A stretch of DNA of 64,000 bases from Bdellovibrionales bacterium. Lineage in GTDB: Bacteria > Bdellovibrionota > Bdellovibrionia > Bdellovibrionales > UBA1609. Positions within the stretch are counted from its first letter, which is position 1; each line of letters starts with the position of its first letter. The notes below the pieces were generated by a model. It saw nothing but the letters and a program-made list of their open reading frames with translations. It did no database searches and was not told where the DNA came from. A program made the translations under genes and the position numbers. Of this stretch, positions 27,795 through 38,574 are shown one piece after another. The stretch is taken from contig OZ241456.1 of the NCBI GenBank assembly GCA_965200875.1, positions 1,248,001 through 1,312,000 of the forward strand, read 5' to 3'.

Positions 27795-28367
27795 ATGAGA
27801 TTATCCAAGAATAAAACAGGATTTTCGCTGATTGAATTGCTTGTCGGGCTGATGATACTGGGTATCCTGTCCGGGATTGCTACTATTTCTTATAATAGCT
27901 ACAAAGTCAGTATAGCTAAAAAAGATATGAAAATGTCAGCAGAGTTTTTTGTCTCTGCTGTTCAAAATTGTATTACTGCATCGGGCGGATGGTCAATAAC
28001 CCCACCGGGCGGTGGCACACCAGTTTTACCGTGCAAGGCTACGGATTCCAATCAAGAGCAATTAAAGATCTACTTAAAACAAAAACTGAATTATAACTGT
28101 CCAGCGGACGCAACTTGCAACACACTTGCCAGATCAACCACCCTTGATTCAAGATTTAGATATTATTGTCTTAGCATTGAGAAAGAAGTATCAGGGAAAA
28201 AACTTCAGATTTTTATGCGCATACCTTATGAAAATCCTAGTGATTATCAATTATTTTGTAATGACCCAGACAGTGATTTATCTGCTTATAAAAGATTACA
28301 TGAACCAACCTGTGAAAAAGGAGATCATGCAATGACAGGGTTCATAAACCCCTGCCCTTGGAAATAA
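27795..28367 (+). CDS. Type IV pilin-like protein
   Basis: G|FSLIELL prepilin site plus hydrophobic helix; paralogue of 55069-55692. Confidence 0.85.
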   Translation: MRLSKNKTGFSLIELLVGLMILGILSGIATISYNSYKVSIAKKDMKMSAEFFVSAVQNCITASGGWSITPPGGGTPVLPCKATDSNQEQLKIYLKQKLNYNCPADATCNTLARSTTLDSRFRYYCLSIEKEVSGKKLQIFMRIPYENPSDYQLFCNDPDSDLSAYKRLHEPTCEKGDHAMTGFINPCPWK

Positions 28368-28533
28368 AAACAGTTACAAACAAAGTCGGATTAACCTCAC
28401 TTTTCCTTGCTATGAAAAAAAACCGCCATAAATTGCTTATGGTTTCTTTTTTTGCCATATTCTTTTTCTGTAATATGACAAAGGGCAGAAATTAAGTTGT
28501 CCTGTCTCTCCTGAAAAGCTATGATAAGCCATT

Positions 28534-30228
28534 ATGGATCTTCAAAACTATGAATCTCTTATTTTAAAATCCAGCACTTTGAGCGAAGCTCAATTACAGA
28601 CGATTTTGCGCTCCAAAAATAAAAGAGGCATTAGTCTTCAACAAGCTTTGGAAAAACGAAAAAAAGATTTTGCGGATGAAGAGTCAGCTTTGTCTTTTCT
28701 GTGTCAGCACCTGCAAGTACCTTTTATAAAAGAAATCCCTGTGCAGGACATAACAGAAGACTTAATTCAACATTTTCCCATCAGCTACGCCAGAACAAAC
28801 ACGATTTTGCCTTTTAAATCAGAAGAACATGTGATTCATGTTCTCAGTGCCAATCCGCTTAATTTACAGGTTTTTGCGGACTTAAAATTAAAATTTAAAA
28901 AGGAAGTTCGTCCTGTTATCAGTGTGGGTTCCAAAGTGCAATCCGCCATCAACAGTGTTTATGAAAGAAGTTCAGGCGAGCTGGATGAATTTGCCGACAT
29001 CAGCAAAGAAGACTACGACCTAGAAAGCACTGTTATTGATCTCCTAGACACAGAAGATTCTGCACCAGTTATTAAATTGGTGAATACCCTACTTTTTAAA
29101 GCTGTTAAAGAGAGAGCTTCCGATATCCACATCGAACCTTACGAAAAAGAACTGATAGTGCGATTTAGAGTGGATGGTGCATTGTATCCTGTATTTAAAC
29201 CTCCAAAAAGTCTGCAAAATGCCATTATCTCCAGAATAAAAATTATGGCTGATCTCAATATAGCGGAAAAAAGACTTCCCCAAGATGGAAGAATCCACCT
29301 GAGACTGGCAGGCAAGGATATTGATATTCGGCTAAGCTCTATTCCCACTTCCTTTGGAGAAAGACTGGTGCTTCGTCTGCAAGACCGCACTCAGCTACTT
29401 CTTGGACTGGATGAACTGGGCTTTTCCAAAAAAAATTTAAAAGATTTTAATAGTCTATTGGATAAAAGTTATGGAATTATTCTGATTACCGGGCCAACAG
29501 GAAGTGGAAAATCCACCACATTATACGCCGCTCTCAGTCAGGTTAACTCTGTAGATCAAAACATTATTACAGTGGAAGATCCTGTGGAAAGACGCATTAA
29601 GGGAATTGGACAAATTCAGGTTAACTCAAAAATTGGTTTAACATTCGCCAGTGGACTTCGTTCCATATTGCGTCAAGACCCTGACACTATCATGGTTGGA
29701 GAAATTCGAGACATTGAGACCATGAAAATTGCCATTAATGCTTCTTTGACAGGCCACCTCGTTCTCTCCACAATACATACAAATGACTCCGCTTCTGTTT
29801 TTCCTCGTTTAATTGACATGGGAGGAGAACCTTTTTTAATTGCCACTTCCATCTTAGGTGTTATGGGTCAGCGTCTGGTGAGAGTGCTCTGCCCTGATTG
29901 TCGCCATGCACAAAGTATTTCCAAACAAGATCTTAAGTTTCTGACAAGTGAAGACCCGGATATAAAATTGCCGACAAAAATATTTAAAGCAAAAGGGTGT
30001 AAAAACTGTGATTTTAAAGGTTATACAGGCAGAACCATGATACAGGAAATATTGGTAATGGACGAAGATATCCGCACACTTATCATGAATCAAAAAGACA
30101 GCCACACCATTAAAAAAACAGCCATCAAAAAAGGTATGGTGACTTTCCGGCAAAACGGTATAGAAAAAATCTGCAAAGGTGTTACAACAGTGGAAGAAGT
30201 TTTACACAACACACAGCTGGATGCTTGA
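28534..30228 (+). CDS. gspE: Type II secretion ATPase
   Basis: ASDIHIEP, RLPQDGR, GPTGSGKST, LRQDPD, TGHLVLST.H, CxxC...CxxC. Confidence 0.93.
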   Translation: MDLQNYESLILKSSTLSEAQLQTILRSKNKRGISLQQALEKRKKDFADEESALSFLCQHLQVPFIKEIPVQDITEDLIQHFPISYARTNTILPFKSEEHVIHVLSANPLNLQVFADLKLKFKKEVRPVISVGSKVQSAINSVYERSSGELDEFADISKEDYDLESTVIDLLDTEDSAPVIKLVNTLLFKAVKERASDIHIEPYEKELIVRFRVDGALYPVFKPPKSLQNAIISRIKIMADLNIAEKRLPQDGRIHLRLAGKDIDIRLSSIPTSFGERLVLRLQDRTQLLLGLDELGFSKKNLKDFNSLLDKSYGIILITGPTGSGKSTTLYAALSQVNSVDQNIITVEDPVERRIKGIGQIQVNSKIGLTFASGLRSILRQDPDTIMVGEIRDIETMKIAINASLTGHLVLSTIHTNDSASVFPRLIDMGGEPFLIATSILGVMGQRLVRVLCPDCRHAQSISKQDLKFLTSEDPDIKLPTKIFKAKGCKNCDFKGYTGRTMIQEILVMDEDIRTLIMNQKDSHTIKKTAIKKGMVTFRQNGIEKICKGVTTVEEVLHNTQLDA

Positions 30229-30242
30229 GCTAAAGGAATAAT

Positions 30243-31451
30243 ATGCCGGTATTTGAATATAAAGGCACAACCGCCGAAGGTAAACAAACAAATGGAACAA
30301 TACAAGCGGATAACCTGCAGAAAGCCAAAGCACAATTAAAAAAAGATAACATTTTTTTGTTTGATCTTAAAAACAAAGCAGAGAAAAAAAAAGATATCCC
30401 AACATTGCTCTCCAGCAAACGAGTGGATATAAAAAACCTGTGTATTATGACGCGATCACTGGCCACCTTAATTAAATCCAATGTACCTTTAGTGGATTCC
30501 CTCACTACTCTCACCAAACAAATTTCGCATCCTGTTCTCACTCCTGCCTTAATCCAAATACGAAACCAGGTCAACGAGGGAGAGCCTTTCCATAAAGTTT
30601 TAAGCCAATATCCTAGGATTTTTAACACCACTTATATATCCATGTGCAAAGCGGGAGAAAATTCCGGCACACTGGATATTATACTTTTAAAATTAGCTGA
30701 ATTTACAGAAAATCAGGCAGAACTGACTAATAAAATACGATCTGCTTTAGCCTATCCAACTCTTATGATATTTTTTACTTTTAGTATGGTTTTGTTTTTG
30801 TTTACATATGTCATACCAAAAATCACAACCCTGTTTGAAGATGAAAACACCATCCCTTGGCACACAAGTCTGATAATGGCCACAAGCCAATACATCATTA
30901 ACTCATGGCTCCAGCTGATTATAGCCACTGTCGCTCTCCTGTTTTTTATGTACCGATGGACAAAAACACAAAAAGGCAGACAGAAAATAGACACGCTGTT
31001 ACTTCAATTCCCCATTATTGGAAAAATTATCCGTGCTACAGCCATTTCCCGTTTTAGCCGAACTCTGGCTACCCTTCTAAAAGGAGGAGTGCCCATGTTA
31101 CAGGCAATGGATATTGTACAAAATGTAGCCAATAATATTGTGCTTAAAAAAGCCATCCAGTCAGCTCAAGCAAATATTCGGGAAGGAGAACCCATTGCGC
31201 GCCCTTTGCAGGAATCCGGGCAATTCCCCCCTATGACTATTCAAATGATAAAAATAGGTGAAAAAACTGGAGAATTAGAGGATATGCTTGTGAAAATCAG
31301 TGATACTTATGATTTTCAGGTTAATACAGAGGTAAACACCTTAACTTCCCTGCTGGCACCAATCATGATAATCATCATGGGAGGAACTGTGGGTTTTATT
31401 GTGTTTTCCGTAATAACCCCAATTATGGAAATGTACCAAAGTGTAAAATAG
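30243..31451 (+). CDS. gspF: Type II secretion inner-membrane platform protein
   Basis: MPVFEY start, AGENSGTL, ALAYP, GEKTGELE. Confidence 0.92.
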   Translation: MPVFEYKGTTAEGKQTNGTIQADNLQKAKAQLKKDNIFLFDLKNKAEKKKDIPTLLSSKRVDIKNLCIMTRSLATLIKSNVPLVDSLTTLTKQISHPVLTPALIQIRNQVNEGEPFHKVLSQYPRIFNTTYISMCKAGENSGTLDIILLKLAEFTENQAELTNKIRSALAYPTLMIFFTFSMVLFLFTYVIPKITTLFEDENTIPWHTSLIMATSQYIINSWLQLIIATVALLFFMYRWTKTQKGRQKIDTLLLQFPIIGKIIRATAISRFSRTLATLLKGGVPMLQAMDIVQNVANNIVLKKAIQSAQANIREGEPIARPLQESGQFPPMTIQMIKIGEKTGELEDMLVKISDTYDFQVNTEVNTLTSLLAPIMIIIMGGTVGFIVFSVITPIMEMYQSVK

Positions 31452-31582
31452 CCAAATAAGTTTTATTTTTCCCTGATTTTTGCCACGATTTTGCTTTTAC
31501 AATGAACCCACTTGAATTTTTAATTTTTTCATTTATTCTGACAAAAAAACATTGCTTTCCGAAAAAGTAAGGAGGAGAAAAA

Positions 31583-32101
31583 ATGTTATTTATACAGTTA
31601 ATCAACAGGAAAAAGGCCACATTTCCAAAATACTTGTACCACCGTGGAGGCCAAAAACTCCCGGCAGAAGGAAAAAAAGGCACAAATAATGTTAAAGGAT
31701 TCAGCTTGATGGAGATAATGATCGCCATGATTCTCGTGGTGGGAGTAATCTCCGGTCTTGTTTATGCGTTCAAGCCTGAATTATCCAAAGGCAAAATGCG
31801 ACAAGCTCGCATTACAATCAGTCAATTATCTCAAGCCCTTGACAGTTTTTATCTGGATTGCAATTTTTATCCTTCCAATGCAGAGGGTCTGGAAGCGTTG
31901 GTAGCCGCTCCTCAAAAATGTGAGTCATGGGGACCGAAACCTTACTTGAAAAAAGGAAAAATACCTAAAGATCCTTGGAGCAATGATTTCATATATGAAT
32001 ATGATGAAGCGAATGGGGAATATGAAGTCATCAGCAGAGGAAGAGGAGGAAAAGAAGGCGGAGAAGGTGAAGCCGCTGACATTTCCTCTAAAGATCTGTA
32101 A
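31583..32101 (+). CDS. gspG: Major pseudopilin
   Basis: G|FSLMEI, YP...GLEALV, W.PKPY, PKDPW; AGGAGG RBS implies a 39-residue leader. Confidence 0.88.
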   Translation: MLFIQLINRKKATFPKYLYHRGGQKLPAEGKKGTNNVKGFSLMEIMIAMILVVGVISGLVYAFKPELSKGKMRQARITISQLSQALDSFYLDCNFYPSNAEGLEALVAAPQKCESWGPKPYLKKGKIPKDPWSNDFIYEYDEANGEYEVISRGRGGKEGGEGEAADISSKDL

Positions 32102-32111
32102 AGTATTATTA

Positions 32112-32783
32112 ATGTCTACTCGGGTCAATTTGCCAATGTTATTTACAAAACCCGTTATAAAATCCAAAAATAAAAAAACCGCTGGTTTTACATTACTGGA
32201 GTTACTGATAACCTTGGCATTGATAACTGGTCTTTTAGTAACAGGAAGCTCTTTTGTTAAAAGAACAGACAACAAAATAAGAAAAACTTTCAGACAATTT
32301 ATCGCTCTTAATCGCCAACTGGACCAAATGGCACGTTTAAAAAGAGAAACTTACCGTTTGGTCATAAACCTCGGTGAAAACTTTAATTACAGCACAGAGG
32401 GAAATACCAAGGACAAAAAAAATACTTGGTGGGTGGAAAAAAAGCTCTCACAAAATCAAATACCAGATAGCACGAACAGTACACAAAGCACAAATAGTAC
32501 AAAAAACATTACCCCGGATGGTTTTATCAGGGATACAAATTTTTTTGAAAAACCTCAAAACCTGCCAACACAATTAACTTTTGAGAGCCTAGAATCTCTG
32601 AAAGATCAATCACCTGTAACTAAAGGGAAAGCCTATATTTACTACTTTCCAGAAGGACAATTCAACACAGCACTCTTAAAAATAAAAGGCAAAAGAGTTT
32701 ACTGGTCTCTTTTTATTGATCGCCTGAATGGAGAATTAACCATATTTAATGGAAATAAAAACTTAAAAGATTTTGAACAATAA
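32112..32783 (+). CDS. Minor pseudopilin (GspH-like)
   Basis: G|FTLLELL; position after gspG; start uncertain. Confidence 0.75.
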   Translation: MSTRVNLPMLFTKPVIKSKNKKTAGFTLLELLITLALITGLLVTGSSFVKRTDNKIRKTFRQFIALNRQLDQMARLKRETYRLVINLGENFNYSTEGNTKDKKNTWWVEKKLSQNQIPDSTNSTQSTNSTKNITPDGFIRDTNFFEKPQNLPTQLTFESLESLKDQSPVTKGKAYIYYFPEGQFNTALLKIKGKRVYWSLFIDRLNGELTIFNGNKNLKDFEQ

Positions 32784-32806
32784 ATGAATAAACTTTGGAA
32801 CACAAA

Positions 32807-33325
32807 ATGCACAATCCAGCAAACAAAAAAAAGGGATTTACCCTTATTGAAATTTTAGTGTCTTTGGTTGTTCTCACCGGAGCCAGTATTGTTATTTCTA
32901 GGATATGGACAGGCAATCGAGAAAGAGTTACAAAAATTGACGATTATCATAAAATTGTCCAGTTAATGGAAAATAAAATCTCCGAGCTGGAGTTTGAGTG
33001 GCGAAAAAAAAACTTTAACTCCATACCCAGAGAGGAAAAAGGCGATTTTAAAGAGGAAAAACATTTTTCATGGAGTGTGCGCACACAGCCCCTTAAACTG
33101 CCCGAACCCAAACAAATGCTAAGTCTGTTTGGACAAAGCCAAAGTCAAGGTCAGGGCGCATCCCTCCAAGTCGCCAAGGTAACCACTGATTTTTTATCCC
33201 AAGCTGTATTGGAGGCAAAACTCACAATCCATTATAAAAAAGGAAATCTGAAAAGTGCTTACTCAATAACCACTTATATTGTAGATCATACTAAAAGCAT
33301 CTCCATACCCGGCGGTGCACCTTAA
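32807..33325 (+). CDS. Minor pseudopilin (GspI-like)
   Basis: G|FTLIEIL; operon position. Confidence 0.75.
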   Translation: MHNPANKKKGFTLIEILVSLVVLTGASIVISRIWTGNRERVTKIDDYHKIVQLMENKISELEFEWRKKNFNSIPREEKGDFKEEKHFSWSVRTQPLKLPEPKQMLSLFGQSQSQGQGASLQVAKVTTDFLSQAVLEAKLTIHYKKGNLKSAYSITTYIVDHTKSISIPGGAP

Positions 33326-33349
33326 TTTTACTGATAGGAGAAGAAAATC

Positions 33350-34255
33350 TTGAAAAAATATATATACGACTTAAACATTTTGGTTATTTGTTTATTACAG
33401 TTAGTAATTTTAAAAACAAAACAAATTCCCTTAAACAAAAAAGGAATGACTTTATTGGAAGTGGTGATTGCTCTTATTTTGTTCACTTTTATGATCATAT
33501 CACTGACTCGTATGACAAGCAGTGCCATCAAATACAGGGAACAAGTCACGCGGAACACAAAAATCACAAAATTCAGCAGAAATGTTTTGCAGATTATTAG
33601 AAAAGATATTCAGAACATATTTTACACACAGGACATGAATAGCGTGGCGCATATATCATTCAGAAAACAGAACTCTCTACGCGAACCTCCGGCAGAACAG
33701 AAAAGCAAAAAAAAAATACCCACAGACAAAGAAAGAAAAAAAAAGGAAGTGGAAAAAGAACTCATTGAATTTGAAATCATGCAAATAGAACCTTATATGC
33801 TGAAGTTATCCAGCACTTCTGGAGGAGTGGTAGGAACAGAAAACAGTCTGCACATAAGCTCTCTCTCTTATATACGAAATCAGGATAATGAAAAAACCAG
33901 CGATCAAAATCTGATTGTTTATTATCTTAAGCCCTGCAAAAGCAGAGAAAAAAATAAAGAGGAAAGCTCCTGTCTATGGAGAAAATTCTCCACTATGATA
34001 AATCAACAGCTATCCGACTTAAAACACTACGATGAGTTTGTTCTCCTAGAAAGAGTAAAAATATTTCAACTCTCTTACTACAATATGTATAGCAATGAGT
34101 GGAAAAAAGAATGGAAAACAGGCCCCAACGATAACAACAATTTACCCTCTGCAATTCGTGTAAAAATGGAATTTGAGAATAAAAAAAAGCAAATCGTAAA
34201 ACAGGAAATCCATCTGCCACTTTATCAGCAGGTGTTAATTCCCACGAGTCCATAA
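33350..34255 (+). CDS. Minor pseudopilin (GspJ-like)
   Basis: G|MTLLEVV; C-terminal W..EW...LP.AIRV; start uncertain. Confidence 0.78.
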   Translation: MKKYIYDLNILVICLLQLVILKTKQIPLNKKGMTLLEVVIALILFTFMIISLTRMTSSAIKYREQVTRNTKITKFSRNVLQIIRKDIQNIFYTQDMNSVAHISFRKQNSLREPPAEQKSKKKIPTDKERKKKEVEKELIEFEIMQIEPYMLKLSSTSGGVVGTENSLHISSLSYIRNQDNEKTSDQNLIVYYLKPCKSREKNKEESSCLWRKFSTMINQQLSDLKHYDEFVLLERVKIFQLSYYNMYSNEWKKEWKTGPNDNNNLPSAIRVKMEFENKKKQIVKQEIHLPLYQQVLIPTSP

Positions 34256-34279
34256 AATTTTTGAGAAAGATAGGGCAAA

Positions 34280-35641
34280 ATGATATTAAATAAAAATCGT
34301 CTGAAAGATATAAAATATCCAAAGTACCAGCCGGCGAATAAGAAAAAAAAATCGCTGACTTTTCCAAAAAGCAATCAAAAAGGTATGGCTCTTATAATGG
34401 TTCTTTCAACCATAATATTTATTATCCTGTTAATACAGGAGACTGCTTTTGAAACACAAATAGAATACCGCTCGGCAGTGGCTGAATTAAATTCTCTAAG
34501 AGCATACTATGCCGCAAAAGCGGGAATGGAGGTAAGTCTGTTAAGAGTAAACACTTATGTAAAATTAAACAAAAAATACAAGGATAAACTAAAATCCTTT
34601 CGAGCTTATACAGATCTGATCTGGAAACTGCCGTTTATATGGCCTCCTCCCGTAATGAAAGACATGGACCACATAGGTTCCACAGAGCTGTTAAAACTAA
34701 GGGAAGATTCCTTCATGCAAACCAGCTTTATGACAACTATTGATCCTGAAAACAGTCGTATTGATATCAATGATCTGGCTTCTCCCATACCCTCTCTCAG
34801 AAAATGGACCTTTCAGGTTTTGTATCGCTTGATTTACCTCTTGCAAGCGCAGGACAAAAGGCTTGCTGATGCCATGAGCACACAAGATACTGCTGAAATT
34901 TTACAAAATATAAAAGATTGGGTAGATCCGGATACTCATCGAGGAACACAAACCTCCCTATCTGAAAGCCAGCTATATGACGAAGAGGGTTATCCCCCTA
35001 ATCGCTCTTTCGTTACTGTAGAGGAGTTAAATCAAGTGAAAGGAATGTCTGACATTCTCTATACGGCTATTGAACCTTTTATTACTGTATATGGCGAAAA
35101 GGGTATAAACATCAACACAGCCCCTGTGGAGCTGTTGCAAGCCCTGCATGATGAGTTTCCGGTAGAGCTGGCGGAGGAAATAACCACCCTCACACTCAAT
35201 CCGGCAATTCCTTTTTTATTTACACCAGCCACTTTTTCAACATTTTTAATGGAAAATGGAATGGAGGAATTGGAACAGGATTTATTTCCAGAACAACCGG
35301 AAGCACAGCCAAAAAATGAAGAATCCATTTCCTACATCAGATTTGATGCTCCGCATAATTTTCGGATAAAAAGTATAGGAATTGCTGGTACAAGTCAAAA
35401 AACCATAAAAGCGACCTACTTTAGTACATCTAAATTCATAACCCTTTTCAACGACTCGATGAAAGAAGAAAAAAAAAGGGAAGAAAAACGGATTTCCAGG
35501 CGAGATAGTCAAAATCAAGGGCTAGATAACACTCCAACAAAGAACACTCCAAAACCAGACACAGCTGACCGTCCTACCCCCTCCCGTAATTCCGATCAAA
35601 ATTTAGCACCTACTATAATTTACTGGAAAGAAAGTTTCTGA
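34280..35641 (+). CDS. gspK: Minor pseudopilin GspK
   Basis: G|MALIMVL (no E5), RIDIN, DWVDPD, EELNQVKG, ININTAP. Confidence 0.88.
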   Translation: MILNKNRLKDIKYPKYQPANKKKKSLTFPKSNQKGMALIMVLSTIIFIILLIQETAFETQIEYRSAVAELNSLRAYYAAKAGMEVSLLRVNTYVKLNKKYKDKLKSFRAYTDLIWKLPFIWPPPVMKDMDHIGSTELLKLREDSFMQTSFMTTIDPENSRIDINDLASPIPSLRKWTFQVLYRLIYLLQAQDKRLADAMSTQDTAEILQNIKDWVDPDTHRGTQTSLSESQLYDEEGYPPNRSFVTVEELNQVKGMSDILYTAIEPFITVYGEKGININTAPVELLQALHDEFPVELAEEITTLTLNPAIPFLFTPATFSTFLMENGMEELEQDLFPEQPEAQPKNEESISYIRFDAPHNFRIKSIGIAGTSQKTIKATYFSTSKFITLFNDSMKEEKKREEKRISRRDSQNQGLDNTPTKNTPKPDTADRPTPSRNSDQNLAPTIIYWKESF

Positions 35642-35682
35642 AAGGATAAGCTTAAAAAAAATACAAAAAACAGGGGGTTGCC

Positions 35683-37407
35683 TTGATTTTCGTGGGTGTG
35701 GACATAGGTTCCTGCGCCGTAAAAGCGGTTGCCATTAAAAAAAACAACAAAACTTTTGAAATTTTGCAAACACATTTTTTTTCGCTAAAAGCGGATGAAA
35801 ACGAGGAGCAAAAACAGCTTTTAATATCCACGCATTTGAAAACTCTGACTAACTTGTATCAAAATAGAGAAACAAAATATATTTTCTCTTTTTCTCAAAA
35901 TGAAGTCAGTTCGGAAAAGCTCAGCTTTCCTTTCAAAGAGCGGTATAAAATACTGAAAAGCCTTCCTTTTCAAATGGAAGACAAACTGTCCCTTTTTGAC
36001 TATAAACAGCTGATATCTGATATTAAAATGGGTGAGTTTTCTGCAGGAAAAAGAACTGTGCTGGTTTTTTCCGTCTTTAAAGAAAATATCTCCCGGTTAT
36101 TAAATGAAATCAAATCAGCGGGAACCAATCCTTTTATTCTTACTTGTGAAGCTTCCGCCACCGCCAATTTATTTGAAATCAAAAAAGAAAGCACAGTGAA
36201 ACCGCAAACCACCATCGAAACAGAAACAAAAAAAACACAACATACAGAAGAAGGCAGTCTGTATTTAAAAATAGGTCACACTCATACAATGGCCCTGTTC
36301 TTTCTACGGTCTGCTCTGCAAAATGTATATAGCTTTGAGTGGGGTGTCTCCGACTGTATAAGAAAAATATCCCTAAAATATGAAATTTCATCTCAGAAAG
36401 CTATGGAGCAGTTTCACGATAAAGCCTTCGTTTTAACGCAAACAAAAGGATACACTGGAAGTCAAATTGAGTTTTCGAAAGTTATTCAAGAATCCTTTGA
36501 AAACCTTATCGATAAATTGCGTCTGCTTTTATTACAAATGGAAGGAGAGGGAGACTGTATAAACAAAAAAATACTTCTCTGTGGAGGAGGTTCTCAGGTG
36601 CGAAACCTTCAGGCTTTATTATCCACTCGTCTGAATATCCCTGTCGCTCGTGTGGAGGAAGTACCTAATTATCCTAAATGGAACTTGAGAGCCAACGATA
36701 TAAAACAAAATAACCTTATTACCGCCTTAGGGGCGGCTATGGAAGGATTAAAAAAAACTAGGAACCCGGCTGTTAACTTTTTAAAAGAGGAATTTGCCGT
36801 TCAGTTTAACCCTCTTTCCCTTATACTGAACCAATGGAGGCAACCCATTGTTTTGGCCGTAATTATTTTGACATTTCTCTCCGCTTATTCTGCTGTGAGA
36901 AACTATAAGTCTAGGGAGTTATCTGAAAAAACAGACAAGATTTTCAGAAAGTATTCCATGCGAGTTGCCAAATTACGCCCAAAACAGATTAATGTGGAAA
37001 GAGTGCAACATTTTGTCAATAGTAAAAAGCAATGGTTGCAACAGGTTCAGTTAGCGGAAGAAATTAGCCGTATTCCATCCGCTTTGGATAAAATAAAAAA
37101 CCTGAGTGTCACTATCAAAAAACAAACTTCTTGGAATTTGGAAATTCAGGATCTGAATATCACAGGTAACAACATAGAAATACAAGGTAGTATTTCCGCT
37201 CTCTATCTTGAACTGTTGGAAAAAAAACTAACAGATTTGGCAGTCAGCGGAAGTTTAAAAAAATCACCTCTGGCCATAAAACAAAACCACCTAGCAAAAA
37301 AACAACAAGCGAATACAGACGAAACACCTTTGGAAAAAAAATCACCAAAAGTGAAAGAACGCAACATAGTGTTTTTTAAATATTCGTTTATTCAGAAACA
37401 AGGTTAA
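35683..37407 (+). CDS. GspL/PilM-like assembly protein (actin-like domain plus TM and periplasmic part)
   Basis: VGVDIGS..VK, LLCGGGS, VNFLKEEF followed by a TM segment. Confidence 0.78.
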   Translation: MIFVGVDIGSCAVKAVAIKKNNKTFEILQTHFFSLKADENEEQKQLLISTHLKTLTNLYQNRETKYIFSFSQNEVSSEKLSFPFKERYKILKSLPFQMEDKLSLFDYKQLISDIKMGEFSAGKRTVLVFSVFKENISRLLNEIKSAGTNPFILTCEASATANLFEIKKESTVKPQTTIETETKKTQHTEEGSLYLKIGHTHTMALFFLRSALQNVYSFEWGVSDCIRKISLKYEISSQKAMEQFHDKAFVLTQTKGYTGSQIEFSKVIQESFENLIDKLRLLLLQMEGEGDCINKKILLCGGGSQVRNLQALLSTRLNIPVARVEEVPNYPKWNLRANDIKQNNLITALGAAMEGLKKTRNPAVNFLKEEFAVQFNPLSLILNQWRQPIVLAVIILTFLSAYSAVRNYKSRELSEKTDKIFRKYSMRVAKLRPKQINVERVQHFVNSKKQWLQQVQLAEEISRIPSALDKIKNLSVTIKKQTSWNLEIQDLNITGNNIEIQGSISALYLELLEKKLTDLAVSGSLKKSPLAIKQNHLAKKQQANTDETPLEKKSPKVKERNIVFFKYSFIQKQG

Positions 37408-37408
37408 A

Positions 37409-38557
37409 ATGGATATAAGCAATTTTAAAGAAATACTTGTCAACGGATATAAAAATCTTCATAACTCGATTGTGAACAGCTCCGCTTTTTATTTCTTAAA
37501 AGAAAAGTATGATCATTTAAACCCTCTTTATCGCAAAATAATTCATACGGGCGGGCTGATTTTTTTGGTATGTGCTCTTTTGTATTATCCCTTTTCCAAC
37601 CTGTACTCTTCATGGAAAAATATGAAAGATTTTAAAGAAAGAAACACCCTTACGAAGGATTTAATCGACCTTTCTACCGCCAGTGCATTCAATGTTTCGA
37701 GATCTTATACTGTGAATCAAGATCCAGTTCGATTCATCCGGCAAAAAATGCCCACCCTCCGAATACCAAAAGACCAAATTGAAGAGATAAAAGCAGACCG
37801 GCCCATTCCCATTCCAGCAAGCCTTTCTTTGCCTGTTAAAGTTAAAACAGTGTCTGTAAAAATAAAAAATCTTACTTTAAAAGAGGTTATTCAATACGGA
37901 TACCAGATGGAACAAATGTCCAAAAGCATTAAACTCATGGATATTCGTATCACAGAAAATCCAAAAAAAAACAATTACTTTGATGTTTCCTATATTTTAA
38001 GCTTTTTTAATTTAACAAAAAAATCACCAACGAATGAAAAACAAAAAGCAAAAAGCCCGAACCGAATCGCCCGGAAGAATAAAAATTCCAAAAAAAAAAC
38101 AATGCGTGAAAAAACTCAGATTCCAAGCCAAAGAAGAAAAGCAAAAAAGCCTGCTCCCACTTCACATTCTATAAAATATAAACCCGGTGAACCACAAAAT
38201 CAAAAGAATAAAAAACCTGAAACTCTCTTATTGGATTTGAAAAAAGAAAATGTTCCAACAGATGATACAACTTTTAAAAACCAACCCTCTTCAGTAAAAA
38301 GAAAAGATCTCCTGCCACCACCTCCGCCATTAACTCCTCCCCACTTTAATAACTCTTCTACTGAACCTGCCCGCCCTTTAAGTCACCCCACGGGGGATTC
38401 TCCCAAGAACAAACTGCCACCTGCAACACCGGCGGAAAAAACTGCTAAACCTGACAAACTGCCACCTGCAACACCGGCGAAAGAAATACCCGCTCCTCCC
38501 ATTATTGACAATGTTTCCCCCTCTTCAAAGGAAGAATCACAATCAAATGAACAGTAA
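37409..38557 (+). CDS. GspM-like protein with a long Lys/Pro-rich tail
   Basis: Single TM segment, operon position; KLPPATPA duplicated (38409-38434, 38454-38479). Confidence 0.6.
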   Translation: MDISNFKEILVNGYKNLHNSIVNSSAFYFLKEKYDHLNPLYRKIIHTGGLIFLVCALLYYPFSNLYSSWKNMKDFKERNTLTKDLIDLSTASAFNVSRSYTVNQDPVRFIRQKMPTLRIPKDQIEEIKADRPIPIPASLSLPVKVKTVSVKIKNLTLKEVIQYGYQMEQMSKSIKLMDIRITENPKKNNYFDVSYILSFFNLTKKSPTNEKQKAKSPNRIARKNKNSKKKTMREKTQIPSQRRKAKKPAPTSHSIKYKPGEPQNQKNKKPETLLLDLKKENVPTDDTTFKNQPSSVKRKDLLPPPPPLTPPHFNNSSTEPARPLSHPTGDSPKNKLPPATPAEKTAKPDKLPPATPAKEIPAPPIIDNVSPSSKEESQSNEQ

Positions 38558-38574
38558 AAAAAAGGAAATTAAAA